Shown: positions 1 through 13,830 of the stretch, piece by piece
How the letters are laid out: each line of letters opens with the position of its first letter
Position numbering within the stretch: the first letter of the stretch is position 1
Assembly: GCF_001194135.2 (NCBI RefSeq)
Contig: NC_068984.1
Coordinates: 29,015,751 to 29,079,750 of the forward strand
Source: Octopus bimaculoides
Taxonomy: Eukaryota
DNA length: 64,000 bases
Direction: 5' to 3'
Program-made: the position numbers and the translations under genes
Notes under the pieces: model-generated
What the model was told of the DNA's origin: nothing
Database searches by the model: none
The model's input: the letters and a program-made list of their open reading frames with translations, nothing else

Positions 1-205
1 GATGAAACCTATATGTATTCAATTAAATGCAAATATGTGTTGTCAATAAAAGAGAAAAACCTGTGTAACTGCAAGTGGTTGAAATCAAGTTGTGTATAAA
101 CATACAAAGTTAACAGATTCACATGTATGCTATTATCTGTGTTTATATGTATAGACATCTGAATAGTTATAATGATTTTATGAATATAAAAATGAACAAG
201 TGTTT

Positions 206-206
<1 letters not shown>

Positions 207-254
<48 letters not shown>
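207..254. repeat. Compound (GT)n(AT)n microsatellite
   Basis: Read directly; source of the spurious ORF 123..374. Confidence 0.95.
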
Positions 255-256
<2 letters not shown>

Positions 257-939
257 CGTCAAAGAAATAATCTCATTACACTATATCCATTCTATTAAAA
301 AAAAACAAGGCAATAAATTCCTTAAAATCACACACAAATGCCAGTTCTCCAAAATATTTGATGTTCTTTCATAGTAGCATATCTATAAAACTGCCAAAAT
401 TCTATTCAAAGTTTCTGAGTTTCTAGAGAGAGTAATGTTATTTATATCAGAGTAATACCCCAATATATGGAATTGCAATATACGCACAAGGATCCTAGAC
501 AACTGAAAATGAAAATGTCATCTAGAAAGTTTGTTGACAAAGAGTCAACAACAGACATACGTTTCCTCTCTGTGTTTCAATATACCATGGCTACAACAGG
601 TTCTGCTCTCTTCTGAGCAAAAATCAGAAAACAACGATGTTCTATATTCACCCAAGTCTATCCAATACACCTGTCAATAATCCTGACACTTTAGTGCTAC
701 TGAGTCTGTCCTCAACAGTGTTACACTAAATACTTTTCTCAATAGTTCTGTATGTTTTAAGAAATCTCATCTCTCTCTTCTGCTATATTTTTACTTCATG
801 CAGGTGAATGCATTCTATCCATTAGCTGCTGTCTGGGAGCACATCCGTGACTGAATCTTTGCCAATTAGTTACATAGCCTTTTTTGAGATGTGGTCTGGG
901 ATGTTTGGGTCTATAATAGCAACACTCTTCCATGTTATA

Positions 940-1786
940 CAAAATGATATTGAAAAGTTCCAGGACTAGTTATGTTTCATAAAAAATAACTTATTTATCT
1001 AAGTTTTAACATCATCTCCTTCAAAACAGTTACTCAGCAGTCCAGCCACTCTTGGAATCTGGCCTGGAAATCGCTTTCTGTAAGTGAGTCAAGGACCTTC
1101 TGCAATTCACTCTTGACAACAGTGTTAAAACACCAACCTTTGAGCTGCATTTTCATCTTGGGTAGAGATGAAAGTCTGCAGGTGCTAAATCTGGCAAATA
1201 GGGCAGATGCAGATGTGATACTATGTTGTTTCAGGTGAGAAACTCAAGAGTGAGGATAGCTCAGTGACGGGATGCATCGTCATTGAGATGAATCCAATTC
1301 TTCGTGCTCCACAGATCTGGTCGCTTTCACCAGATGTCCTCCTTCAAAATGTCATTGATTGTCCTCCAGCAATCCTCATGCATGAGGTGATGAATTTTCT
1401 TCACATTTCCAGGGGTGACACTCATGACTGGTCTACCAGATAGCTCATTATCTTCCAGGGATGTTCTTCCACTTTTGAAGTGCATGTGCCACTCAAAACA
1501 TTTGCCTAAGCATGTTCAATATCTCTGTAGCAGACTTCCCAAGTTTAACACAAAATTTCGCAATAGCTCTTTGTTCAAACTTCCTGTCCATGACAAAAAT
1601 TGCAGACTACCGCATACATGTGATCATAAAAACATAAATATCACAACTTGCGAAGTAAACACAGCAATGTCACTTGTTACACTTCCTTATAAAGGTCACT
1701 GCTAGCTCTCACTGCACATGCAACTGTGTGCTGTCATTTGTTGGTATGCTACAGAAGTAGCCCAGGAACATTTTGCTACCACTTTG
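940..1786 (-). mobile_element. Mariner/Tc1-family DNA transposon, internally deleted, non-autonomous
   Basis: Imperfect TIRs (caaaatgatattgaaaagttccaggacta versus the reverse complement of tagcccaggaacattttgctaccactttg) flanked by TA at 938-939 and 1787-1788. Minus strand from ATG at 1591 reads MDRKFEQRAIAKFCVKLGKSATEILNML, then after a frameshift FEWHMHFKSGRTSLED..SGRP (mariner HTH region). The C-terminal part reads PDLAPADF..PKMKMQLKG (YSPDLAP motif). Confidence 0.9.
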
Positions 1787-1829
1787 TACACCAGTAGTTT
1801 CTTCTAGTTTATTTTATTGTGCAAATGCA

Positions 1830-2060
1830 ATATTTCACACTTGACATCAGCAAAGCTTTTGACTGTCTCTATGATGAAGTTTCTTTGTTTTATATACGTG
1901 AGAAGTATACCATTCTTGACTGACTGGGGATGTCGTTTGGTACAAGCTACTAGCTGACAGAAAGTTTGAGAATATGAAATGAATTGTGAATGGTGACCAT
2001 AGGCAAACAACTCAACAAGAGGTTTCTCATGCTAAAGATAGTTGAAAACTTTGCTGATGC
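1830..2060 (+). mobile_element. Degenerate non-LTR retrotransposon RT fragment (CR1/L2/Jockey-like)
   Basis: 1840-1869 translates LDISKAFDCL, matching the RT motif (L/F)D(I/F)xKAFD. The rest is heavily decayed. Confidence 0.4.
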
Positions 2061-4614
2061 CAAATTATGTTGCTTTCACCAAATTTTTCTACAAGAAACC
2101 ATAGTATAACACAAGAGAAACAGAGAATCAAACTGATTAAGTAAATGATTGTACATAACTGCTTTCATCGTTTGTGTGATGTTGAAATTATCTGATTGCA
2201 GCAATGGGTTTTATTATTTCATCAGAGGCATTTCTTTTAGATACTTTATCCACAAAGTCCTCAAGAATAATTCATACTTTTATGTTGATTCATTAAAAGC
2301 CATCATCAAATTGTATAGAACACGTTGTATTAACATTTCATGAGTTGCATGTTCATTTGTATTAAAGAGTTTAAGCTGGCAGCATATTTCCTTTTTCATA
2401 TACTTGCGGAGTATAAATAACAAATATCACAGGAAAAATTACTTTTGACCAGTAAGTGCAACACTCAAAGAGGATTGAACTCATCCAATAAACAATTAAG
2501 AAAATTAAGTATAATTACATAGGATTATCATGATTCATAAATGGATAAAACAGTGTGATAAAGTGCATCTATGGCTATGTATGTGCAAGAATGGTAAAAT
2601 GAATATAAATTATGTATATATGTAAAAGAAAGTTTAGGAAAGTATATATGAATAGATAGTAATTACTTACGTTAAAAAAACTGAGGTGTGCTATATTGCA
2701 AATTGACTGTTTCTATCTATGCATAAAATCAGTTGTTATCAAGTTCAAGAAGTGTTAAGTTTAATTAGTGCTTAGTATAATGACCAATTTGGGTAATCTA
2801 CTTGATTGCTCTACTCAAGTGCTAGAGAATTCAGTGTTCTTCAAACTAGATTATTAGAGCAGTACTCAGGACTCCAATTGAATTAACAGAAATTGCATAA
2901 TAGAAAAGAAAAAGCATGATGACACAATGCACTGATTGTACACACACACATTAAAGATGTAATTTTCTCCATTCATACTATATATATATAGAGAGAGAGA
3001 GAAAGAGAGAGAGAGGTAGAGAGAGTGAGAGACACATATGAACTTATACACACATATTTTAAAATGCAAAAGTGCATACCTGCATGCACATTTACTTGAG
3101 AATAAAAGAGATTAAAAATTAAAGAGAGTTCATAAGCTTCTATCAGTATAGAAATAACTGAATTATCTATATTATAGGGAGTATGATTCTATACATTTAT
3201 AGATGTATAAGAATCAATGCATAGACACGTGTTTCAATATAAACAGAGTTTTTTTTATGTATTTGTGAACATACTTACCAGAAATTCTATTATTATACAA
3301 TTTATTAATATTTGTGTGTGTACATATGCCAATTCCACAAAACCAATATATAAACATATTTGAGCTCATATACAGCTGGCACATTAGTGTTTATATCTGT
3401 GTACATTTAAAAGAAATCAATGTAAATACAGATCTATACACACAAATATACAGAAAGAAGATGTGTGGGGATAGCTGATGAAAGAGCTGAAGAAAAGGTA
3501 AGAAAAGAAAGACAGGAAAGGAGAAAAGAAAGAAAAACGAAGCTCTAAGCAATTTTTGCTTTCCTTTTTCTTAACCAATCTATCCAAACTATCCATTTAT
3601 AGAAATAAGAATAATTTTACAAACCATTACATTCTTCTGGCAAATTCTATCCTTTAGTATGAAAATTAAATGTCTTATATATTCACATTTCAGATAAAGT
3701 AACTAAGACAATATGCCAATCAAGGAAAAATTTAGATATTATATGATACACAAAAAGATCTGGGGAAAGAATTGGTTTTAATAGAAATGACATTATTGGT
3801 CTCTCTTTCAGTTCATATGCCATTACAGGTACATAGTAGTACTAAAAAAATATTTATTGAAGCATATGCTTGGCTTAATATTCTTTCTTCATAAAATTTT
3901 AGAATGGTTATCACGAAGGACAGGTTATAGTTTGTTTTCTATGCTGCACAGAAACATTTCCTTCCAGTATTACTTTTAAATTTTTCACTTTTTAATATTT
4001 GTAACAGATAAGAGATATAAAGAAATAGCACAATTTCCAATTGTAGAAGTTTCTTTTTTTTTTTGTTACTCTTAGCTTTTTAATTTTTCTCTCTTCGTTT
4101 CATTTTTAAATAAACATTTGACATGCAGTCTTTGAAAGCGTTGACTTTATAAACCCCAAAAATCTAACAGTAAAAATGCAACGACAAAAGATAAACAATG
4201 AAAGCAAGAAACAGGGAAACGAAAATAAAGGGGAAAAAAATTACAAAATAAAGAAATAAGCAAAGAAAAAAGAATTAAAGATAGATAGAATGGAAGAAAA
4301 AGAAATATAAAAATATACTTAATAGAATAGTGATGTAAATAATTCAGTTGAAAGAGAAAAGAAGATAAAGTGGTTAGACAACTGACTGACAGAGTATAAG
4401 TGAGTTTACTGATGTAGCTTACAGTAAATTTGGATTGCAAACGTTAGAAGCAAATTTTTGTGTATGAATGCATTTTGTGTGGACAATGTATGCATATGTT
4501 ATTATATATGCATCAGCTGCATAATAAAAGTATATGTAAAGGAAAGGAACATCTCTTCTGACTTGAATTTATTGGAATTCTTCTTTACATGTCAGTCATA
4601 CTTAAATTGCAAAA

Positions 4615-4768
4615 NNNNNNNNNNNNNNNNNNNNNNNNNNNNNNNNNNNNNNNNNNNNNNNNNNNNNNNNNNNNNNNNNNNNNNNNNNNNNNNNNNNNNN
4701 NNNNNNNNNNNNNNNNNNNNNNNNNNNNNNNNNNNNNNNNNNNNNNNNNNNNNNNNNNNNNNNNNNNN
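4615..4768. other. Assembly gap (154 N)
   Basis: Run of N. Confidence 1.
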
Positions 4769-5717
4769 ATATACACACACATGCACATGCATATTTTTTA
4801 TGTTTTACTTTTTCTTGTGGCTTGGAATAAAAATCTTAGATTTTCTTCTTAAATGAAAAGGTGAAAAGAATCATAAAAGAAGCTCAATCAATGATGACAG
4901 CTGTTTGCCACCAAGCTGTTTTCTCTATTTCACAGATCGGCAGCAATACCACACTATTACCTGTTTTTAGAGAGCAAAATTGAGAGATGGAGGCGGAAGT
5001 GAAATGGAAATAAATAAGCTTCAAATAGCAACAAGACATTTTTAAAAAACTTTTTACAAAAAGATTTCAGCTAAGGAAATTTGCAAAGCCTATTGTAGGA
5101 AATATTTCACCTTTTCTTCTTCTTTTCAATGATATTTACATATCTTTTTTAAAATTTTTACTGATAAAAGAATACTTTATTGAGTAATACTTTTCGCTAA
5201 AATAAAAATGGAGGAATTCAAATTCTTTTTGATGAAAATTGATAGGAAAAGGAAGGACAAATCCATTGAAACTTCTATCATGTCTAGGTATTATTTTGGC
5301 TGTATTGAACAGAAAAGATGAGTACCAGGATAACCCTCAATGTTCAACCAAGAACATACACCTTTAGGTGCGAGTAGGTTTGTTGCATAATAGAGATTAT
5401 CATAATTATACAAATAAGAAAATGATTGGTTATTAGAATGATGAAACTGAAGGAAACAGTAAGCTATATATTTCTGTTGAAATCACGAAAGAGAAAGGTG
5501 CATGAACTTATATACCAAGTGTGATAATAAAACAGTAATAAATTTCAAATGAAGCAATAATTCAACAATAAAAAGTTTCCATTTAAGCAACAAGATACAA
5601 GTTATATCAATATAACAAGTTCTTCAATATCTGAATTAATCTTTCACACATAAGCATCATCCACATGCCCCTTAGATGCCTCAAGCTATGCATACAAAAT
5701 TTGCATGAACAATAATG

Positions 5718-5870
5718 CAGGTATGGCTATGTGGTTAAGTTTGCTTCACAACCACATGGTTTTGGGTTAAGTCCCACTGCAAATAACTTTTACACTAATT
5801 TAAGAATGACAAATGCCTTGTAACTGAATGGCAGATGGAAACAGTAGAAAGCCCACTATGTGCATGTGAG
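5718..5870 (+). mobile_element. tRNA-headed SINE family B, degraded 5' part
   Basis: Head tggctatgtggttaag...ggttaagtcccactgc resembles the other family B copies in this window (32798, 6312, 53167). Confidence 0.55.
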
Positions 5871-5999
5871 TAAGAATATTGACATTTCAAAGCTTTCCTT
5901 GAGTGAAACTAGGAATGATGTTGACATTCTTTGTTGGCATATGATTAACTACTCAGCACTTTCAAAGATCTATAGAATGAAAGTACCTCTGACTTGAAA

Positions 6000-6105
6000 A
6001 ACAGGCAAGAGTTGGTAACAGGAAGAGCATCAGACCATAAAATGATACATCAAATACATCCCTGTCCAACCCATGTTAGCGTGGTAAAAAAGATATTAAA
6101 TGACT
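6000..6105 (+). mobile_element. RTE-type 3' tail fragment
   Basis: caggaagagcatcagaccataaaa...ccaacccatgttagcgtgg...attaaatga matches the shared tail seen at 18571-18700. Confidence 0.5.
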
Positions 6106-6311
6106 TAATAAAGACATCATAAACATACTCCAACATACCTCAATAAAAACATGATAATCGTGTCTCCTTCAACTGTGCCAAAACACAATCACTACAAATA
6201 GCAAGACGACATATTACCTTCTGTCATCTGTACTGAAACAAATCGCATATAAAGCTCTAACTTTATTAACATTAAGTGTCACAATCTTCAATGATTTCTC
6301 ATATTTTTCTT

Positions 6312-6650
6312 CCTTCTTTCATTTGTTTCCATCATTAGCCTGCAACTATTCTGGGGCACCGCCTCGAAGAATTAGTGGAATGAACTGACCCCAAGACTTT
6401 TTTAATTTTGAAACTGAAACACATCAATATCGGCTGTCAAGCAGTGGTGGGGGACTGACACAGACACATACACACATACATGTATACGATGGGCTTCGTT
6501 CAGTTTCCGCCTACCAAATCCACTCACAAGGCTTTGGTCGACCAGAGGCTATAGCAAAAGACACTTGCCCAAGATGCCACACACTGAGACTGAACCCAGA
6601 ATCATGTGGTTCAGAAGCAAACTTCTTACCACACAACCACTCCTGCACCT
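6312..6650 (-). mobile_element. tRNA-headed SINE family B, near full length
   Basis: Reverse complement starts ggtgcaggagtggttgtgtggtaag (A-box-like) and has ggttcagtc (B-box-like). Body is ttgggcaagtgtctt...gccttgtgagtggatttggtag, followed by a (GT)-rich middle and ggtgccccag...gaaacaaatgaaag tail. Confidence 0.85.
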
Positions 6651-9600
6651 CATGATAACAATTTATCTATAATAAAACCAAAACCTTTCCTAAGAGCCAC
6701 ATAATATACTATAGATCTAAACTGTTATTGTTTTAATACAATGTACAATTTTCTTTTACACTACTGATGATGCAGGTGATGGAAGAGCTACTATATGCAC
6801 AAGTATTCTAAAAAACAAAGATATTTGACTGAATGGTAAACTTCCACTCTACCCACTCACACATCTATGAGCTATATTCTCATTTGAACTTTTCTGCAAC
6901 TACTACAGTGTTCGTTTGTCTCTGAATTAGCAAGTGTGTACCTTCTGGTTGGTCTGCTTCCAGCCCACCCCTTATTCCTTCTGTGCTTTACCCCCATCCA
7001 CACACTCAGTTATATTGTCCAAAATTTTGCACCCAAACTGCAGACCTGAGACGTCTTTCCTATCCACATTATGCATTATTGAAAAAGTTTAAGTTAAGTA
7101 TCAACTACATTAATTTCAACTAAGAAGTTTATGAACATAGCCATTCTACTTCAAACTATTTGATAAAACAAAAAAGGACTGTGCTTATCAAAAAAAAAAA
7201 GAAAAAATCCAGTGTGAAAGAAATAAAATATTTAATTTTCAAACCATCTTTAAAAGCTTTTCTTCAATGTTTACTGAGTACCCTTGATCACAAAGTAAGT
7301 ATATTAATAGTACTTATACTAATTACTATATATTGTATACTAATTAGAATGCAATTTGAATAAAAGTGAATAGAGATAAAAGATTTAATAGGGAAAACAA
7401 TAGGTATAAACTATATAATTAAATATACCACTCTCCAGTGATTATTCTTTTATGTCAATTAATAGTATCCATTCATAAGTGATAATTCGTTTTGTTATAT
7501 TTGGAAATATAAAAGACAAACACACATTAACCCTGATCCTAAGTATTTCTATGAAGAATGTAAATGGCAACCATTACAAAGGAGGGAAATGCCATGTAAT
7601 ATTAATAATATTATTAATATACCAGGGTTAACATTGCTTTCCATGCTTTTTAGGTTGATAAAATGAATTCTAGATAAGTTGTTGATGATGATGTTCCCAT
7701 CCCTAAAATCTGTGACATCATGACCCTTAGCAGTTACTTGTTCAATCTTTCTGGGTTTAATTGCATTTTTACCATTTTGAGGTCAATGAAATATGTACCA
7801 ATAACAATTTGGAATATTTTTTCTTATAAATATAGTAAACCATCATCATTAGCATCAATATCAGCAACAATTCTAGAGATTGGATTTATTATTCATAAAT
7901 AGCTGTATTGCATTTCCTATTCTTTAAACATAACTTCATTGTTGATGACATTTTTATTAGGGCCGCTAAGGATGATGGAGTGGCAGAACTGTTACAACTT
8001 TCAAGAAAATGCATTGCATTATTTCTTGTGGTTCTTTACATTATGAATTAAAAATAATGCCATGGTCAAACAGTTTCTTTCATCCCTCCAGTGTTGATAA
8101 AATAAAGTACCTTTTTCTCCAACACTGATGTTAGTAGAAAATCCTTTGTCATTCTTCACAACTAAAAATATATACAAAACTGACCTATGGATGAATTTTA
8201 AGAATTCATAACACAAATAACAGCTTGTTACTACAAATATGAATTATGGGACCAAAAACATTAACAATATTGACCTAAATGTGAATTTAACTGAGAGAAG
8301 CACTTAATCTGGTCCTCAACTATTTGTGACAATCCTACTGACCTAATCAATACCAATAATGAGAATAGTAGCAAAAGTAAAACGATTTTATTCTTAACTG
8401 CAGTTTGTCTTTAGCAAATGAGGCATTTCCATAAATTGACTGTCAAGTACAATATCTTATTGTCTGTATAAAACATTTAATTTATTTCAAATACTTATCA
8501 AGAAAGAAATGGAAAAAAAAAGGTATAATGATAAACTATAATATAAACAAAGAAATTAGAAAAAAAAAATGCATGATAAAAAGTTCGAGATCTGAAATGT
8601 ATTCTTTAATTGCATTTTTCTGCCAAAATAAAATCACATTATAGCCATACACAAAATAAATGGACTTTATCTTCCAACAATATGCCATTATTTTTATTTT
8701 TATTTTGTTTGGCTTCATTTTTTATTTTTGGGCCTTGTGATGTAGCCATTGATAGCATAAAAATTTTAATCAATATCATTTATCAAAACTGATGATTATA
8801 ATAGACAAACAATTATCTTAATTTTCAGTATTTGGAATAAAGTTAAGTGTTAAGGTGCAAAATCTAATAAATGTAATGTAAATGTAGACTATCCTAAGTG
8901 TTTCAGTCTAAAAAAAGAAAAAAAAAAACAACATATCTTAGTTAATAGAGTGATGGATTACTAAGAATCAAAAATTTGTAGCTGGTAAAACTGAATGGAT
9001 AATGAGGACATTTAAATCTTGGTGACTCAATTCACTAAGTTGTAATTAAATATTAAAGGTTTATGCATCTCATCAGTATACACAGTAAGAGCACAGTATA
9101 ATTTTTTAAATATTTTGTTAGGGACAAGGATGTGTATTGTCTTGAAAAATGATACTGATCTCTCTTCTAGCTAACAGATTCTAATATCAGCAAAATCACC
9201 AGATTCCAATATAAAATAAAAAAAGAATTGTGAATGAAAAAATCAAATAAATAAAGCATTACCAATGTAACCTTTGCCTATCTAAATTGTAGATATTTTT
9301 ATTCACTAAATTTTGAAAACTTACAATGCTCTTCAAAGTAAGTTTCACATGCTGTCTAGTTTTGTACTATCATTTGCATCACGACACTGTAGCAAAGTTC
9401 AAGTCAAATGCAAGAATATTTTTAACAATTCCTTCCATATCACAGTTCAATTTTTCTGTAAAGGTTAGCCTCTGGATTTTCAAGTTGGGATTAACCATGT
9501 CAAACTCATCATTCAGTAGCAGTCCATGACAGTGACACAGCTTAATCTATGACTTTATACACAACCTACTGAAGTATTTTGTATGGTTTTCATTAAAAGA

Positions 9601-10624
9601 TGTAACAATCTACCTTTAAAATCAAAGGAGTGTGCATTGCAGGTAAACACACACACAGACACACACACACTCTCTCTCTCTCCTTCTCTCTCTGAAATGC
9701 TGTGTATTAACTGAAGCAAGAATATATAAGGATTAAGGATATATAATTGTGGAATTTCAGTTTGGAGTATCCATCACTTAACTTCTGCCAGCTAAAGCAA
9801 ACCCTGGAGTGAACACACACATTCATGAGAAACAAAATCAATAAATTCCTTATCAAATATATTGTCTTAACATGCAAACTTTGGGAAAAGTAATTACTTG
9901 AAAATATGCTAATTTAACCCTGTTCTTTTATTGGTAAAGCTGCATCTATTAATACAATAGTTCAGCCCAGCTTTATGTTCCCCAAGACTAATACATGCAA
10001 TTGTACTTTAAACACTACTCTTTTATAATGAAATAGCCACAAGCTTTGATGCTTAGCTATAACCATAAAGTCTGTTAGCAATAACAATGATTTCAATTCA
10101 GCCAGTTATGTTTTGACATTTGCTTAGTGTCATTTGTTAATAAGGCAAGTAAAATTACATTGAACTTCATAGATGAATGAGTGATTGAACAAGTGAGACT
10201 TACAAGAAACCACTCTCCAGTATTAAGATAGAATACATTTGTTTATTAAAACAGAATACTGGCACAAAAGAAGTAAAACAAATATTTCTCAAATGCAAAA
10301 ACATTCCCATTCTCATTATCACTTGTTAGTTTCCTGTAAACTGCATATTAACAAACTAATGACAACTGCATCACCATCATAATCTTCATTGCCTTAATGA
10401 TTTTTGTACCAGTTTCATGTTGGCATTAGTTAAATGAATCTTTGATACAGAATACTGTTATTCTCAATTTTGTAATATCTCATTGATAAGAAGTGAAATT
10501 CTATGATCTAATGTCACTTATTTTTCCTTATCTTCCTTACTCAACCTCTAGTACCTTGTTAGCTAATAGCACTTGTGTAGGAGTTACCAATTTACAATTA
10601 CATGTTTATGCTAAAACTAGCATT

Positions 10625-11000
10625 CCTGCTCTCACAGAGGCAATGGCAAGTGACCAAGACCATAAGCAATTTGCTATGCTTGAGAAGACACAAGCTAAGT
10701 GAAGTCATGGTTGTGACCAGTGCCAATGACACATATTTGGCACCTGTGGTGAAGACACATAAAGGGCACTCGTGCCAATGACACATAAATGGTACCCATG
10801 CCAGTGACACATGTAAAAAAGACACCCAGTACACTTCATAGAGTAGTTGGCATTAGGAAGGGTATTCAGACATAGAAACCAAACCAAAACAGACTGGAAT
10901 CCGGTGCAGTTCTCTGATTTACCAGCTCCAGTCAAACCATGCAGCCCATAACATCATAGAAAACAGATGTTAAATGATGAAGGTGAAGATGATGAAGATG
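10625..11000 (+). mobile_element. 5'-truncated RTE-clade LINE 3' end (ORF2 C-terminus, 3' UTR, (GAT)-like tail)
   Basis: Encodes LTEAMASDQDHKQFAMLEKTQAK* (end of ORF 10493..10702), similar to LGLTEEM...LEKT..AK* at 48312-48225. Followed by tandem gtgccaatgacacat units and the shared tail ending gatgttaaatgatgaag. Confidence 0.75.
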
Positions 11001-11049
11001 AACTTAACACATCCAATAGTTCATAGTTCTTGCAAACTTATTCAGATCT

Positions 11050-11265
11050 TCCACATTCATACAGTTTGCTTCTTGCATAGGGAGGTTGTTTGCTACCAAC
11101 AGAGGTAATGTTTCCTTGAACATATTAAAACACTTCTACAACATCGTTGTCACTAGTATTACCTCCTGCACTAATTATGGCATCTAGGTAATAGAAAATA
11201 TCTAATGCTTTTGCAAGCCATCTAAGCAAACCAAAGCCTTTGCACCTAACAGAAATAATTTTTCT
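11050..11265 (-). mobile_element. RTE-clade LINE RT-domain relic
   Basis: LDIFYYLDAIISAGG then (frameshifted) FNMFKETLPLL resemble the RTE RT motif (V/D)xFxYLGxxIxxxGG...KFRELLPLL. Confidence 0.55.
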
Positions 11266-11972
11266 CCTTTCATGCCTTTCTTTTGAAAATGAATCAATTA
11301 ACATATCTGTCCTATGTGAATAGTTTCCAAGAAGCAAGTGGTTGGGAAGATAACAATTCTTCTTTCATCATATAGTTCTATAAACATATTCTACATGAAA
11401 CTTAAAGAAGATGATTTTCTAATGTAGATATGGAAATATTAAGAAAGGGCAGTGGAGTAATCATGCTGGTAGCAAATATAACATGAGAAAAGATTAAACG
11501 CATTATGATACATAGATACTAACCATGAAGATTGTGAGTCAAAGGGTGGAAGATAGATAGAAGAAATAATTACAGTTCTTATCTGGTGTAGAGGATTAGA
11601 AAATGAGGGAATGAAAAATTACCTGAAACAAAAATTCTCAACCAGTTAACTTTAACAGCAAATCCCTTTAAACTAAAATCAATATTATTTCATAACTCTT
11701 TTCAATAATCTATTGTGATACAAAATATATGTTGCGTTTTGCATTCCTCCTATCTGAAAACACTAAAAGAAAGAAAAAAAAAGAAAGATATGGAGATTTT
11801 CTTTCAGGATACAGTACAGTTAATTAACACCTTACACAAATATCTCCAGACCACTAGAACTAAAGCTTACAGGCAATGAAACTACTACATCCTTTGAATC
11901 ATGCTTTGTATTTATTTTTCAGTCAAATTTCATTTTATCTGTTTTTATAAGGATTCAGAATATTGTTTTGAG

Positions 11973-12274
11973 CAGTGGTTCCCAATTTTTTCACTATCAA
12001 AGGTTCCTCTTTTATTTAAATGACTTTTCCTAGGCTTTTGAAAAGTCTGACTATTTAATGAGATGATTTTATTGAGTAACAACAAAACTTGTTACACCAC
12101 CTTCAGCTTACGACTGAAAGATATTAGCAAATGAGAAACAATATATAATTGAGTAATTATAAAGTTTACTCTGCAGCCCTTTAAAATTTTGTACCTAGCT
12201 CACAGACTTCCAATACTATACTACCTTTGTGGACCTCCAGGGGTCTACAGACCCCATCAAGTTAGGAACTACAA
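11973..12274 (+). mobile_element. hAT-type MITE, decayed
   Basis: Left end cagtggttcccaa; right end ttaggaactacaa matches its reverse complement at 9/13. Subterminal gtggacctccagggtctacagacccc is typical of such elements. No 8-bp TSD recognisable. Confidence 0.45.
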
Positions 12275-13479
12275 TCCTAGATAATATGCATCTAAATATG
12301 ACTGTTATATTCAAAATGTTTAACAATACAGGTTTATCATAACAAATTACCTGAAGAGTGAATAAAATTGCTAATTGCCATGTCTTCCAAACATAGGTTA
12401 ACTATAACATTTATTTTTAAAATGTGCCAAAATCTCAGTGGAAATTAAGAAATTTAAAAAACAAAACAAAAACTAAGAAAACAAATTTCTCAAATATTAT
12501 ATTAAAAACCACTGGTGTAAGTAATATCAAGTTAAACATTTTTACAACTGAGAATAATTAATAATTTGATTAAAAATTAACTTCAGTCCCATCTTTCGGA
12601 AGTACTTTTCATATTTTCTAAAATAGGTTTAAAAATTAAATTATTTTTAATGGTAAAACTTGAAGTGGATAAAGTTATAAATAATCTCATATGTAGACTA
12701 TTGGATAGAAAAACGCTGAAAGCTTCCCAGGGAACTTGAACAATTAAAAGTTATTTACTTAGTACCTCTCAAACTTTCTAAATTCTTGTAATGTAGACAG
12801 TTTTGAAAATTATTTGAAAGTAAATCCAAATTATGCTAGAATATTTTAAAATTATTTCAGAAGAAATTTGAAAACACTCACAAGCAGTGCATTTCTCAAA
12901 ATGGAAAATAATAGGTATAACAGGGTTTAAAAAAAGCAACAGATCACTACATGTCTTCACATGATAACTTAAACAATTTCCAGGACAGTTTAGCTTTTGT
13001 GTCTCTACATCGTGATCGTAACATGTCAGGAAATACAGATTTTAACAAAAGAAAAAGAAAACCAGATGAAAATTACACTGCTGTATTGATTTTTACCTAT
13101 CTCGAATATTGCTCTTTGATTTCCATAGGGATTTCATTGAATAACAGAAATTTGTATTTAACCATATCACTAACAGCAGCAGTCAACCGTAGCTTTTGTT
13201 AAAGTGATGTTTTGTCTGTTCATGGTGGAATAAATATCAAGTGCCATTGTAGTTAGGTAGGGATTTGTACCATAGTAGATAACAGACTCACTTTCATATA
13301 ACCTGGCATTATTAGCTTGTACATTATATGGTAAAGATAACATGCTAAATGTACTTCATTTGATAGGGAGTTGAAGTTGGTGGGAAAGAGTTGTACCAAC
13401 ACAAACATTAACACCTGAACAGGAAGCTACACAAAGCAAAGAAAAAACATATAATTGATGAATAGTAGTATTTTTTAAA

Positions 13480-13830
13480 CCTGTTATCCACAAATCTCTG
13501 GGATGAGGGAGAGAGAGAGAGATTTTGAAAGGATGGAAGAAAAAGAAAGCAAGGAGGAAAAGAAGGAAACAGTAAATCCAGATAAAAAACATAAAATAGA
13601 AAGGAAGAGTGCAGGATATGCAGAAAAGATAGAGAGGAAATGAAAAAGGAAAGTAAAAGATGAAAATATAGAAATGTGCAGTGATAGGATGACAAGAGAG
13701 AGAAAGAATGAAAAGCTGATAGAGGGAAAATGAATGAGAGAAAGGCAAAGGAAAATGAATGACAGGAAGAGAAATGAAAGAGAAAGGGAATAAAAAGCAG
13801 AGAGAGAGAGAGTGGGAGAGACAATAAGAG
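13480..13830. repeat. Purine-rich (GA/GAA) low-complexity block
   Basis: Plus strand is almost all A/G; produces the F/L/S-rich minus-strand ORFs 13356..13912. Confidence 0.9.

Noticed and set aside
561-670. 110-nt minus-strand open exon candidate (VYWIDLGEYRTSLFSDFCSEESRTCCSHGILKHREE)
   Set aside because: No recognisable homology. The next acceptor implies a 58-nt intron and a stop after about 20 codons. Cannot be distinguished from chance.
11623-11753. Minus-strand segment with good acceptor and donor
   Set aside because: Stops in all three frames; at most a non-coding exon.
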